IMG/VR virus record: IMGVR_UViG_3300033072_000181
Span: 9,712-73,711 of that record
Reading direction: 5' to 3' (one strand)
DNA length: 64,000 bases
Source: a virus
Taxonomy: Duplodnaviria > Caudoviricetes
The notes beneath the pieces were generated by a model. It was not told the origin of the DNA, ran no database searches, and saw only the letters and a program-made list of their open reading frames with translations. Of this stretch, positions 28,335-38,420 are shown in pieces. A program made the translations under genes and the position numbers. Each line of letters starts with the position of its first letter. The stretch's first letter is position 1.

Positions 28335-30812
28335 ACAAGCTAAACATTCAGTGTTATTTGATTTAACACCACTCTGGGTTCGTACATAATATAACCCTTT
28401 GATATTTTCGTCAAGTATTGCTTCCTTATGAATTGCTGCAATTACTTCTTCTTTTTCATCAGCACTAAAGAACAGATTTAAACTCTGACCTTGACATACG
28501 TACTTCTGACGTTGTGCAGCTAAACGCAGGATGACACTTTGGTTAATCTCGAAGGCTGTACGGAATACAAGTTTCTCTTCGTCTGTAAGCCAATCTTGAT
28601 CCTGCACTGAACCATAGTTATCAGCAATGTGTTTCATCAGCTTTCTGCTGTACTTACCTCGTGCTTTCATCAGCTTTAAGAAACTAGGTGTTACCCGTTC
28701 AATTTCACCGCCAGCACCAGATTGAATAAATACGTTACCAATTACAGGTTCAATACCTTGTGAGATACCTTGCTGTATAAGTGATGTACTCATTGTTGGA
28801 GCAATAGCGAGTAAGTGTGTATTACGGACACCTAAACCTTTACACCATTCAGGCTCACCAAAGATACTAGCTAGATATTTACTTGCTTGTACGGCAGCTT
28901 CCTTAATATCCTTGAATAACTTACTGTTAAAGAATTGAGCTTCTAGCGATTCAAAAGCAATCATATTATCTTGTAAATACGTATGAAAACCACATGCACC
29001 TAAACCTAACGCTCTACCTTTCTTTGTGAATCGAACAATCTTTTCAAAAGCAGGAATACCGTCAGCTTTACGGATGAAATCTTCAGCAATACAATCCAAG
29101 AATACAGTAGCATCAAATACAGCAGAAGTGTCCTTCCATTCGTTGTAACGAGCGATATTCATGCTGCTTAATACACAAGAATATGTATGCTGTTCATCTT
29201 GGAATAAGTTAATTTCGATGCACTGACCTGTTAATAAACCATTGAATACACCTTTGTTACGCTTAGGTTCATTGAAACAATAAGTATCATCATACCTGCC
29301 TTCGTCAATAACATCTGTTACTTTTACATATTGGACATAGTTTCTATTCTGGATATGGTTGCTCAAAGCTAAACGGTGCGTCTTAAATCCAAGTGATTGC
29401 AATGTATTGATACCAGTTTGAGAAATAATAATTCTCCAAAATAACATGAGACATCCGTTATCCGCCTGACAAGTTACCTTTGAACTAACACCACAAGTAT
29501 GTAACATCTTCTGTAGTTTCTGTAAAAATTCAAGATCAGTCATATGCAGTTCTAGACTTTGTTTTTTATTGTTGGTAGTAACATAGCCAGCAACATCAAA
29601 CAAACCACTCAACCATTGCATTCTTGATTCAATAGTATATGAACTATCTGGTACAAAGAAACAGGGTCGGATCATCCATACCGCACTGGCGTGAGCATAT
29701 TCTAAAACATTAGTACCTTCAATAACTGGAAAGTCACACTTGATTAATTTATCACCTTCACATAGTTCAATAGCTTGTTTTTCGATAACCTTGCCCTTCT
29801 TTGTATCCTTAACATAAAACTTATGATAGGGTGTGCATGTTAAATCCATACCAGAATCAGTACATACTGTAATTAACTTCTGATTAACACCAGTTTTACG
29901 GATTGTTGTTTCAGAGAATTCTTTACCATTCCATACATTAACTAGCTGATTCTCCATATCAGAAATCTTACGGTATCCTTTATCAGTTAGTACTTCTGTT
30001 TCTGGGGCTACACACAAATTTGAAGATTTAACCTCTAGATTATTATTAACATAACTAGCAGGATTTAAACGATTAACTTTATCTTTAAAAAAGAAATATC
30101 CTTTACCTGTTAGCATCTTTAGCTTTAACGCTTTCTTAAACCTACGGGTAGTCTCAACATCACCAGCTTGCGCTTTAGCTGTATCGCTATCTTTCCATAC
30201 CCAACCAATATTTAAATCGTCAGGATGATTCTTAGCATAATCAGCAATTTCATCAAAGTCAGCATGGTCAATATCAATATAACCAGCAAAAGCTCCTCTA
30301 CGTTGAGAACCTTGTGATACTTTATTTGACATTGTAACAAAGTCTTGAAGCACAGGAAGAATACCACTAGATTTTCCTCCGACAGAAATATCAGAGCCTC
30401 TTGGTCGAATATCACCGAGATAAGCACTAGTACCAAAACCATTCTTTGATAGTACAGCAGATTCATGTAAGTTACTATAAAACTGATCTACACTATCGCC
30501 AACATATTGACCACTACAACTAACAGACATCCCACGATCTGTACCTGTATTACTAAGCACAGGGGTACTACAGCTTAACCAACCCTTCCAGATTAAATTG
30601 AAGAACTTATCTTCCCATTCTTTCTGATCCGCTTCAGGCATGTAACTAGCTGCTGTTTTAGCGATAGTTTTAGCCCGACCAAAGAACGACTGCTCGCCTT
30701 CAACAGCGTACTTCTGTTTAAACAGAGAATAACCATCTGTTGTGAACCATTCAGGTAGTAAGCCTTCTTCTTGTAATCGTTTACGTTCTGCTGATAAAGA
30801 ATCTCTGCTCAT
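28329..30812 (-). CDS. nrdA: Ribonucleotide reductase class Ia alpha subunit (intein-containing)
   Basis: STPVLSN, SVSCS, SNL-[intein]-CIEI, AIAPTMSTS, CQGQSLNLF, KGLYYVR; C-terminal CLACQ. Confidence 0.95.
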   Translation of the reverse strand: MSRDSLSAERKRLQEEGLLPEWFTTDGYSLFKQKYAVEGEQSFFGRAKTIAKTAASYMPEADQKEWEDKFFNLIWKGWLSCSTPVLSNTGTDRGMSVSCSGQYVGDSVDQFYSNLHESAVLSKNGFGTSAYLGDIRPRGSDISVGGKSSGILPVLQDFVTMSNKVSQGSQRRGAFAGYIDIDHADFDEIADYAKNHPDDLNIGWVWKDSDTAKAQAGDVETTRRFKKALKLKMLTGKGYFFFKDKVNRLNPASYVNNNLEVKSSNLCVAPETEVLTDKGYRKISDMENQLVNVWNGKEFSETTIRKTGVNQKLITVCTDSGMDLTCTPYHKFYVKDTKKGKVIEKQAIELCEGDKLIKCDFPVIEGTNVLEYAHASAVWMIRPCFFVPDSSYTIESRMQWLSGLFDVAGYVTTNNKKQSLELHMTDLEFLQKLQKMLHTCGVSSKVTCQADNGCLMLFWRIIISQTGINTLQSLGFKTHRLALSNHIQNRNYVQYVKVTDVIDEGRYDDTYCFNEPKRNKGVFNGLLTGQCIEINLFQDEQHTYSCVLSSMNIARYNEWKDTSAVFDATVFLDCIAEDFIRKADGIPAFEKIVRFTKKGRALGLGACGFHTYLQDNMIAFESLEAQFFNSKLFKDIKEAAVQASKYLASIFGEPEWCKGLGVRNTHLLAIAPTMSTSLIQQGISQGIEPVIGNVFIQSGAGGEIERVTPSFLKLMKARGKYSRKLMKHIADNYGSVQDQDWLTDEEKLVFRTAFEINQSVILRLAAQRQKYVCQGQSLNLFFSADEKEEVIAAIHKEAILDENIKGLYYVRTQSGVKSNNTECLACQ
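29223..30014 (-). mobile_element. Intein (264 aa) in NrdA at the catalytic NL|CxE site, C-terminal Gln, degenerate LAGLIDADG domain
   Basis: Starts CVAPETEVLT; block B LTCTPYHKF; ends DTYCFNEPKRNKGVFNGLLTGQ followed by Cys; one altered endonuclease motif WLSGLFDVAG. Confidence 0.93.
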
Positions 30813-30834
30813 ATAATTCCTTTCGTATATTTAC

Positions 30835-31827
30835 TTACCAATTAAAGTTTTCTTCAACCCAATTTCTATGATATTGGTTACCTAAACCAGAAAAGAAATC
30901 ATGGATTCTAGCTTGAGATGTACCTAGATAAAACCAATCAGCAATAGGGTTGTTTGTTACATTATAAACTGTAGTTAATCCTAGTTGTTCTAAGCATACA
31001 TCAATTCGGCTATCAACAAATACTTTTAACTGATGTGATGTAATACCTTCAATCTTACCTTCTTCAAAAATCATATCTACAATCTTATGTTCGTGTTGTC
31101 GTACCTTTTCACAAGCAGCATAAATTGTATCATATAATGCTAGTTGTTCTTCAGTATTTAGCTTCAATTCAGAAAGTAATGTACGGAATAACCAAGCACC
31201 AGCTTGAGAATGATACGATTCATCACGTTCAGAGAAGGCTACACCTGCTACTAAATTCTTCATCTTATTCTTACCGTTAGCTTGGAAATGTTTAAGATAA
31301 CCAAAGCTACTATACAGCACAGCACCTTCAATAACACTAAAGATAGCAATTTGTTGTAGTAAGTTAGATTCATCAGTAGCTAATGCGTTAAGGAATTCTA
31401 CACGTTCTTTCAGTACAGGAACATCAACATAACTATCATAGAATTCTTTTGTATTTAAGTGTAAGAACTCATTAATCTTATTGTAGAAGCTAGCATGTAC
31501 GTTACTCTCAAAGAAAGCAAAACAACTAGCCATACGTTGAAATTCCGGGCGTTTAAAGTTCTTTGCTACAATACCTTGCCAATAATCTTCACCAACATAT
31601 AATTCATACTTAGTAAATAGCTTTAGTACAGTAAGAACACCGTGCCGTTCAGCAGGAGTTAAATCAACAAGAATACTTTGTACATCCTTTTCCATGTTGA
31701 TTTCATCGGCTAACCAAAAGATAGCATTCTGTTTATCAGCAAATTCAGATGCTACTGGATATTCAAAAATATAAGCTGATTCTTCTTGTAAGCATTTAGG
31801 TAAGTCTCTTCCGTAAATATTATTCAT
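30835..31827 (-). CDS. nrdB: Ribonucleotide reductase class Ia beta subunit
   Basis: FWLADEI, ESNVHASFY, IEGAVLYSSF, SERDESYH di-iron ligands. Confidence 0.95.
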   Translation of the reverse strand: MNNIYGRDLPKCLQEESAYIFEYPVASEFADKQNAIFWLADEINMEKDVQSILVDLTPAERHGVLTVLKLFTKYELYVGEDYWQGIVAKNFKRPEFQRMASCFAFFESNVHASFYNKINEFLHLNTKEFYDSYVDVPVLKERVEFLNALATDESNLLQQIAIFSVIEGAVLYSSFGYLKHFQANGKNKMKNLVAGVAFSERDESYHSQAGAWLFRTLLSELKLNTEEQLALYDTIYAACEKVRQHEHKIVDMIFEEGKIEGITSHQLKVFVDSRIDVCLEQLGLTTVYNVTNNPIADWFYLGTSQARIHDFFSGLGNQYHRNWVEENFNW

Positions 31828-32200
31828 CTGTGCCTCCCTCAGTAGTAATACCTACAGGTGTTGTATCATTCCTGTATTCACGTACAGCACTATCACGAAT
31901 AGCACCAAGCATTTTACTTCCACTGGCTGCAATCTTAGCTTCACGACTAGCATAACCAGAGTTAATCCATTCCTTATCTAAGCGTTCAAAACCAGCAAAC
32001 CTACGGCAAGTTACTACTTGATTTAAACGGTTACGATGCTGAGTTACTTCTTGGAAATCAATATCAGATGTAATATCTACACCTAGATCATACAAATGTT
32101 TAAATAGTTCATCTTTATTAGTTTCAATCCAGTTAGTATTATAGTTAGGTGCAACTAACGCTAGTTCTGATTCAGATACAAACAATACAGCAATACTCAT
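31820..32200 (-). CDS. Conserved-looking hypothetical protein
   Basis: SD AGGAG; overlaps the nrdB start; first gene after promoter copy 4. Confidence 0.7.
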   Translation of the reverse strand: MSIAVLFVSESELALVAPNYNTNWIETNKDELFKHLYDLGVDITSDIDFQEVTQHRNRLNQVVTCRRFAGFERLDKEWINSGYASREAKIAASGSKMLGAIRDSAVREYRNDTTPVGITTEGGTDE

Positions 32201-32228
32201 GTGTTTTCTCCTTATTAACAGGGTCGAG

Positions 32229-32263
32229 TATTATACACTACAACCCTTAATTTTAAAAGTAAT
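32229..32263 (-). promoter_or_regulatory. Phage-class promoter ATTACTTT-N20-TATAATA (copy 4), nrd operon
   Basis: Exact motif and spacing on the minus strand. Confidence 0.75.
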
Positions 32264-32265
32264 AT

Positions 32266-32940
32266 TTACTTGTCCCACACTTCTTCTAGGAACGGAAAAT
32301 ATTTAAGAATCTCAACCTTAGATTTTTGAGCAAGGTCGATGTGTTCCAATTGCGTTCCATTACCATCCCGCAGTTCACAATAATGTAGCCAAGATCGCAC
32401 TGTACCATTAACATATAACTTAGACATTGTATTACCTTCAGGTAAAACCACACGCGCTACTTCTTTAGCAATACCTTTTTCTAAAGCCCAATTATAATTT
32501 TCTTGTACAACACTAAGTACATGTTTTTGTCGATCAATCCATTCTTCTTGTAGTTTAGCGTCATCTTTATTTTCTAAGTTCAATAGAATACTATTCTGAC
32601 GGTTTTTATTATCCTGCATACGTGCGTCCCGATAACAAAAGTTTTGTGCTTCAGCATACCGTTGACTAAATTCTTGAAATGTAAAACTGCGGTGACGTAA
32701 TAACTGTCGTGCAATATCACGTGGAGCATTTACTTCCATAACTAAATTAGTTGTTTCAAATACAGAGAAATGTTTATGCTTTACGCAATACTTTAATAGT
32801 TTAGCTGCTGTATCAAAACTGTTTTGATTCTGCGGCGAACTAACACGTGCTGCATATGCAATAATTCCTTCAGCATCTGGGATGTAATCGACAACTGGTT
32901 GTGTTACAGCGATTACTTTAGCATCAATAAATTTGAACAT
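32266..32940 (-). CDS. thyX: Flavin-dependent thymidylate synthase
   Basis: RQLLRHRSFTFQEFSQRY ThyX motif; KEVARVVLP. Confidence 0.95.
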   Translation of the reverse strand: MFKFIDAKVIAVTQPVVDYIPDAEGIIAYAARVSSPQNQNSFDTAAKLLKYCVKHKHFSVFETTNLVMEVNAPRDIARQLLRHRSFTFQEFSQRYAEAQNFCYRDARMQDNKNRQNSILLNLENKDDAKLQEEWIDRQKHVLSVVQENYNWALEKGIAKEVARVVLPEGNTMSKLYVNGTVRSWLHYCELRDGNGTQLEHIDLAQKSKVEILKYFPFLEEVWDK

Positions 32941-32941
32941 A

Positions 32942-33550
32942 TTACTCCTTAATTAAATAGTTAGTATTATACTTAGCACCCTCATTATTTGCTTTTTCAA
33001 TCATATCTTTCTGAAACAACAAAGCAATTCGTAATGAATCTGATCCTAATCTTTTGGTTGAAAATGCCTTTTTCCTTCGTTTTCCTGTACTATCGACCCA
33101 TTGAACTACTACTAAAACAGTCCCATCTTTGTTTGTTTGATAATGAATTCCATTATAACCTGACGAATTTGTTGGAAGTAGTTCAATATTAAGATGTTTC
33201 TTTTGCCTACGACAGTTTTCTATATTTGAACAAACTTCTAAATTGGAAATTTTATTATTTAAACTATCACAATCTATATGATTTAAAGTTAAATCTGGAG
33301 AAAGATACCCAAACTTTAAAACCCATATAATTCTATGCACTGAGTATGTTTTATTATTGAATCTTACTCTCCAATAGTTTTTAGAAGAGTTTCCACCTAC
33401 AATACTACCAGCATCTGCATTGGCAATAACACCGGCAGTTCCTTTATAACCGTTACTATTTTTATATTTTAGACAACTTCTAGATAATTCATCATAATAA
33501 AAATATTTACTCCAATCCACATTATAATCTAAATTAGTTATCACTTTCAT
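32942..33550 (-). CDS. Free-standing HNH homing endonuclease (HNH + AP2-like)
   Basis: VHRIIW...NHIDCDSLNNKISNLEV...ENC; SGYNGI...VQW AP2-like tail; very AT-rich; directly upstream of thyX. Confidence 0.85.
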   Translation of the reverse strand: MKVITNLDYNVDWSKYFYYDELSRSCLKYKNSNGYKGTAGVIANADAGSIVGGNSSKNYWRVRFNNKTYSVHRIIWVLKFGYLSPDLTLNHIDCDSLNNKISNLEVCSNIENCRRQKKHLNIELLPTNSSGYNGIHYQTNKDGTVLVVVQWVDSTGKRRKKAFSTKRLGSDSLRIALLFQKDMIEKANNEGAKYNTNYLIKE

Positions 33551-34055
33551 CCTCTTCTATCATTTCTAGTTTGCGTTCTAACGTAAGAATAACCTCAGAA
33601 ATATCTTGTTGTAAATCCTTGATGCTATTACCCGCACGCAATAACTTCTTAATAGCATGTTGCATAGCAGGACAAGTTACATTATACACACTTAGAATAC
33701 GATATGGGTCGAGTTTAATACCTTTATAACTGTAGCGGTAATGCTTTCCTAAATCGTTAGGTTTTACTGCTGGATTTACGGCTGTGTTAGCTGTAGGATA
33801 TAACACATTATGTGGAATATTAAGCTGGAATGGTTTAATGTCTCCTACAAAAGCTGGTTTAACGCGTTCTCTACGGACACTAAGTATTTCTTGTTCTTCA
33901 TTTTCATTATAATCTAATGCAACAACTTTAATTAAATCTGGATCATTATTTAATTGTTCTTCTACTTTGCATAGCTTTGGAATTTCTCCTAATGCAAAAC
34001 TAACAAACACTAAATCACCTTTTTGATAATGCGTACCAAAATTATTTGTAATCAT
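33534..34055 (-). CDS. DUF3310-like protein
   Basis: KHY...IKLDPY...AMQHAIKKLLRAG...KDLQQDISE motif. Confidence 0.55.
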   Translation of the reverse strand: MITNNFGTHYQKGDLVFVSFALGEIPKLCKVEEQLNNDPDLIKVVALDYNENEEQEILSVRRERVKPAFVGDIKPFQLNIPHNVLYPTANTAVNPAVKPNDLGKHYRYSYKGIKLDPYRILSVYNVTCPAMQHAIKKLLRAGNSIKDLQQDISEVILTLERKLEMIEEDESDN

Positions 34056-34065
34056 AAGTTCTCCT

Positions 34066-34101
34066 AAGAATAAAACCCTACCGGATTAACCAGTAGAGTT
34101 T
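34066..34101 (-). terminator. Hairpin terminator
   Basis: Minus strand AAACTCTACTGG-TTAAT-CCGGTAGGGTTT then TATTCTT. Confidence 0.55.
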
Positions 34102-34118
34102 CCTTTATTTAACAGTAT

Positions 34119-34751
34119 TTAACAGCAGTATTTAACAGCAGTATTACTTGCAGTATTACGTTCAGCTTCACTAAGCGTTTCAGCAGGGCAGTATTCACTC
34201 AGATCATTATCTACGTAATTAGCTGGCTTTAGAATCTTCCCTGTACTTTCATTACGGAATACTTGCCGGTTATCTTGCACATTACGTACTACACTAATAC
34301 CTTTTTCTGCGTATTTACTGGCAGTATTAAGCAGTAATGTTTCATCCTCTTCGTAATTACTAACATACGGATATTTACTAAGATTATTCTGTGCAGTATC
34401 TCGCATAGCTGTTGATACATTAAAACCTAATGCTTCTAGCTTTTGTAGTAAGCCAGATAGAACAACAGCAATATCTACCGCTGCATCTAGAACTTCTACA
34501 GCAGAATCGTTAGCTAATCCGTCGATTAATTCATAAGTTTCTTCTACGATTAAATCAGCTTGTAGCTTAAAATCTGCCAGTTGTAGTTTCTTATCGTTAC
34601 CTGCAATCTCGTTAAATTCGCAAGAATCTTCATATAGTTCGTTTAGCCAGTAACGAGATACGTACTGCGGTTTAACAGTGGTTACTTTATCAGATTCAAC
34701 GAATAAACCGTAAGACTTGTCATAGTTATAATCAGTATTCAGTGGATTCAT
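34119..34751 (-). CDS. MazG-like/dUTPase-type NTP pyrophosphohydrolase
   Basis: LIVEETYELIDG...EVLDAAVDIAVV...NNLSK...GKILKP. Confidence 0.75.
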   Translation of the reverse strand: MNPLNTDYNYDKSYGLFVESDKVTTVKPQYVSRYWLNELYEDSCEFNEIAGNDKKLQLADFKLQADLIVEETYELIDGLANDSAVEVLDAAVDIAVVLSGLLQKLEALGFNVSTAMRDTAQNNLSKYPYVSNYEEDETLLLNTASKYAEKGISVVRNVQDNRQVFRNESTGKILKPANYVDNDLSEYCPAETLSEAERNTASNTAVKYCC

Positions 34752-34760
34752 ATATTCTCC

Positions 34761-35690
34761 TTATGTAGAAAGTAAAGATTTACGTTTATCTTTTGATAAC
34801 TTATTTGTACGGTTACGTAATCGAGCAGAACAGTCCTCACAAATGTATTCATCAAAAGCAGATAGGTTAGTATATACTGAATTCTCTGTTTTTACAAGAT
34901 TAGTTCCACCACAAACATTACAATGTAGTTTATCATCGTTGTAATATACGGATAAGTTAGGATGCTTTGTATCATAAGCTCTAATCTCAAAATAAAGCTG
35001 TTCTAATAGTAGCACATCTTGAGCATTATATTCAAGCATTTTATCAACAGCTTCCATATCACCGTTCATACAACGTAACCATAAATCAATACCACTGTGA
35101 TCCAACTTACGACCTATCTCTAACTGGCTACATAGACTATCTAACTTATTACTATTGAATCGTAATTGTCGAGCAATCTTTAGTGTATCAATAGTCCGTA
35201 CTTTCTTCATAGCTGGATAGCCATTAACTAACATACGAGCCTTTAGTAACGGAATATCAAAGTTATCAGCATTATGAGCAATTACCAAATCACTCTGTTC
35301 AATTAACTTATATACTTCTGCTACTAAATAATAATCTGAATTAGCATAATAATCAGACGGTTTGCTCTTCATTCGGATTACATCAGATTCGCCTAGCCAC
35401 TTAGCACAACCAGTCAGCAACCAACCACCTTCATTAATCACAGCATCTTGGCTGATATTCTGCTTGAACCTACCGAACGCTGCAACAATAGATGGTGCTG
35501 ACTCTAAATCGAGCAGAAGAATCTTAGGTTTAGTTAGTTCTGGTGCTGTAGTACATTGTGAGTGGTTTCGAGCTAAAAAGTAATTAATACCACTCTTTGA
35601 TAAACCTGTAGCTTTAGAAATCTTACGGCTTGATCTACCTTCAGAATGTAATCGTAAAATATCTTGCTGTTGTTCTAATGTATATTTCAA
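34761..35690 (-). CDS. HTH + DnaQ/RNase H-like 3'-5' exonuclease with C-terminal Zn ribbon
   Basis: LLDLES, AHNADNFD, YNAQDV DEDDy motifs; CNVCG...CEDC. Confidence 0.85.
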   Translation of the reverse strand: MKYTLEQQQDILRLHSEGRSSRKISKATGLSKSGINYFLARNHSQCTTAPELTKPKILLLDLESAPSIVAAFGRFKQNISQDAVINEGGWLLTGCAKWLGESDVIRMKSKPSDYYANSDYYLVAEVYKLIEQSDLVIAHNADNFDIPLLKARMLVNGYPAMKKVRTIDTLKIARQLRFNSNKLDSLCSQLEIGRKLDHSGIDLWLRCMNGDMEAVDKMLEYNAQDVLLLEQLYFEIRAYDTKHPNLSVYYNDDKLHCNVCGGTNLVKTENSVYTNLSAFDEYICEDCSARLRNRTNKLSKDKRKSLLST

Positions 35691-35691
35691 G

Positions 35692-35919
35692 TTAGTCTCC
35701 TAGTTGTTCTTTTACAATATTACATTCAGCAACTGTAAATGTGACCTTATGGATAACATAATCAACACCTTCTTTTCGATAACTACGCTCATGCGCTTGT
35801 TTAGCTTTAGCATAACTTGAGTAAAGTTGCGGCATGGAACTACTACGTGCTACCGTGAAACAGTCATTAAAATGTCGTACTACATAACCAATTACTTGAA
35901 TATCTTTTGAATTAATCAT
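35692..35919 (-). CDS. Hypothetical protein
   Basis: Likely start MINSKD, 1 nt after the stop of a 44-aa ORF. Confidence 0.55.
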   Translation of the reverse strand: MINSKDIQVIGYVVRHFNDCFTVARSSSMPQLYSSYAKAKQAHERSYRKEGVDYVIHKVTFTVAECNIVKEQLGD

Positions 35920-35920
35920 A

Positions 35921-36055
35921 TCAATTACCCTTCTTAGCTTTATTACTCTTACCGACCTGCCACCAAGCATTCTTCTTAGTTAGATTCTTACGTGCAGAAA
36001 CATTGAACGGTTGATTAGCAGGATTACCCTTGTGATTCTTATAAATAGCTTTCAT
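35921..36055 (-). CDS. Small basic 44-aa protein (not in the ORF track)
   Basis: SD GGAG; MKAIYKNHKGNPANQPFNVSARKNLTKKNAWWQVGKSNKAKKGN. Confidence 0.6.
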   Translation of the reverse strand: MKAIYKNHKGNPANQPFNVSARKNLTKKNAWWQVGKSNKAKKGN

Positions 36056-36074
36056 AATTTCTCCTTTAGTGATA

Positions 36075-36347
36075 TTAAAACTTCTCTAGTACAACTACAT
36101 CTTTATCCTTTTTATTAAGCATGAAAGGATATAGCAGATTATTATTACTCTTTAATACACCTAATAGCTTACGGTTGGTACTATAATTAGGATTCTGTAG
36201 TAAAGCATAAGTTGTATTCTTTACTGCACCATGACTACCTTGCACTAACCAAGCATTACCCTTCCAGTTATTAACGATTGCTTCTAGCACTTTATCTTGC
36301 TCTTGCAGATTAGCTGTCAGTAACAGATTCTTTAGTTCAGGTTTCAT
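36075..36347 (-). CDS. Hypothetical protein
   Basis: SD AGGAG; operon context. Confidence 0.65.
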   Translation of the reverse strand: MKPELKNLLLTANLQEQDKVLEAIVNNWKGNAWLVQGSHGAVKNTTYALLQNPNYSTNRKLLGVLKSNNNLLYPFMLNKKDKDVVVLEKF

Positions 36348-36362
36348 AGTATTCTCCTTAGT

Positions 36363-36617
36363 TTATAGTTTAGTAATTTCAACAATAAGTTTAGCTACAG
36401 AAATACATACGTCTTGATAAACTACTTGATTTAGGTAGAAATCACTATCTAAATGTCGTTCTAGGGTTTTGTAGAATTCCTTCTTAGCGAGACGTCCGGA
36501 ATAATCAGACACGCATGTAATTTCACTAGCAATACGATCTAACCAAAATTTACCAGAATTGGTACCAGCTTCTCGTTTTACTCGGTTGATTAGCTTTAGC
36601 AGTTTCTTAGTTTTCAT
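36363..36617 (-). CDS. Hypothetical protein
   Basis: SD AGGAG; overlaps the upstream stop. Confidence 0.6.
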   Translation of the reverse strand: MKTKKLLKLINRVKREAGTNSGKFWLDRIASEITCVSDYSGRLAKKEFYKTLERHLDSDFYLNQVVYQDVCISVAKLIVEITKL

Positions 36618-37176
36618 TTACGCTCCTTTCAATTAAATCATACACATAATCTCTACTGTACTTTCGTGAAGCTAATAATTTCTTGAATAAGGCTTTTCGT
36701 TTTGCTGCTGGTTTAGCTCCCGGTTTATCCCCCTGCTTATCTGCTGGTTTCAAACTGCTAACTACATCTGTATTATTACATGAATCTTGTGTCATTGCAA
36801 GAAGAACTTTATCTTTTTGTGATTCTTTTAGCTTGTTAAATTCAGTTTGTGCTTTAGCTAACCATTTAGGATGCCGGTATCTGGTATCTACTGGACGTTC
36901 TAAATAAGTAGCTATCATACGTAACAATTCGCTTACTGTCAAGTCTGACCACCATGCAATATGCCGCTTAAAATTATTTTCAACGTGTCCGATATAGGAA
37001 TTTATTGAGGAGTCTATTACGCCCCGTACAAACTGTTCATCATTGTGTGCATGATCTAGACAAGGCTTAGTTAATGGTAGTTGAGTTACTAAATCTAACC
37101 CTTGTTGTTCCTTGATTAGTAACTCACGTACTTTCTTAGTATCAGTAGCTGTGTATAGATCAGTAGTGTTAGTCAT
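36607..37176 (-). CDS. Recombination endonuclease VII-like Holliday junction resolvase
   Basis: PCLDHAH...VRGVI...INSYIG His-Me finger. Confidence 0.8.
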   Translation of the reverse strand: MTNTTDLYTATDTKKVRELLIKEQQGLDLVTQLPLTKPCLDHAHNDEQFVRGVIDSSINSYIGHVENNFKRHIAWWSDLTVSELLRMIATYLERPVDTRYRHPKWLAKAQTEFNKLKESQKDKVLLAMTQDSCNNTDVVSSLKPADKQGDKPGAKPAAKRKALFKKLLASRKYSRDYVYDLIERSVNEN

Positions 37177-37388
37177 AAAGCTACCCCATGCTTCTTTGTC
37201 ATAGAAATTAATGCATGATTATCCCAACAGAAACAATAATCATAACCTGCATATCTGTAAGTTTCTGATTGTATTCCACCACAAAATTGACCATTGTCTG
37301 TATTAATTAATTCTCCAGATTGCAGACAGTCAGCTAACATATATCGGATATAAGCCGAATCAGTATCAATGCCATAATATTCAATCAT
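37173..37388 (-). CDS. Hypothetical protein
   Basis: ATGA overlaps on both sides. Confidence 0.55.
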   Translation of the reverse strand: MIEYYGIDTDSAYIRYMLADCLQSGELINTDNGQFCGGIQSETYRYAGYDYCFCWDNHALISMTKKHGVAL

Positions 37389-38359
37389 AAATCTACTCCA
37401 TACTTACCAAAGAATTCAATACTGCACGATTTATCATCCTTTGTACGTTTCATATAAGCAGTCTTAAAATATAAATCTAGCATACCTTTCCAATCTTTAG
37501 TTACAACTGTTGAATTCCAAGCTGTGTAAGTAATCGGTTCTGGATACCATTCTTTATATTTCTGTACTACTACCTTAAGATAATCTTCTGCTGTTTTACA
37601 GTCCGCCACATCTTTAGCAAAGGACATTACACCGTACTTAGCACCGCATAATTCTGTAGGTTTATAATGATCGGATGTATCACCACAGCATAATTGATAA
37701 GCTAGAAATCCTACACCACTACCATAAGGTTTATTAACTTTATTTTTCTTTTCAGTTTTAAACCAGTGATCTGTATTCTCTGTGTATTTATCAGTTGAGA
37801 AATCAAATAAAGTTAAACCGTCAGCTTGTAAGCTATCTTTATCCATAGATACAACTACAACTTCATGCCCTGCTTTCTGTAGCTCATATCCTTTATAAAT
37901 AACAGCATCATCAGATTCTTCACCTAGCGTTACTTCAGCATTAAACTTATTGATTACATATTCTTTAGCTTGCTTCCGATAAACAGGTGTAAGCATATCT
38001 TCTCTATGGCCTTTATACTTACTTGGTAACAGTAAGCAATCTCTAAAGTTAAACTCACCACCTACCACATACACACAAACATCAGCGGCAGTTTTATCTT
38101 TAATCTTTTTCATCTGACTATTAACTGTATGTAAGCAATTCTCGATTGGTTCTGGTGTTTGTACATCTTCAAATGTATATTCATGCTCTTTATCAGACTT
38201 TAGTTTTAACTTCAGCATATCACGAAATTCAGTTCTTGTTTTAAACTCTTTCTGAATACCAGTAGGATTATGTGTAACTAAAACTGTTCGTTTTTCAGAT
38301 GCTGCTGCACTTCTATAAATAACACCGTCTGTATCAATAACAGCAATTCGCATAAGCAC
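37385..38359 (-). CDS. 5'-3' exonuclease (T7 gp6/flap-endonuclease-like)
   Basis: IDTDG, NFRD, EESDDA, SMDKD, GDTSDHY motifs. Confidence 0.88.
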   Translation of the reverse strand: MLMRIAVIDTDGVIYRSAAASEKRTVLVTHNPTGIQKEFKTRTEFRDMLKLKLKSDKEHEYTFEDVQTPEPIENCLHTVNSQMKKIKDKTAADVCVYVVGGEFNFRDCLLLPSKYKGHREDMLTPVYRKQAKEYVINKFNAEVTLGEESDDAVIYKGYELQKAGHEVVVVSMDKDSLQADGLTLFDFSTDKYTENTDHWFKTEKKNKVNKPYGSGVGFLAYQLCCGDTSDHYKPTELCGAKYGVMSFAKDVADCKTAEDYLKVVVQKYKEWYPEPITYTAWNSTVVTKDWKGMLDLYFKTAYMKRTKDDKSCSIEFFGKYGVDL

Positions 38360-38420
38360 TCCTTAAAATAAAATAACCAACCTCCGCATAAACGAAAGCT
38401 GGTTATTCTTCATTATTTAA

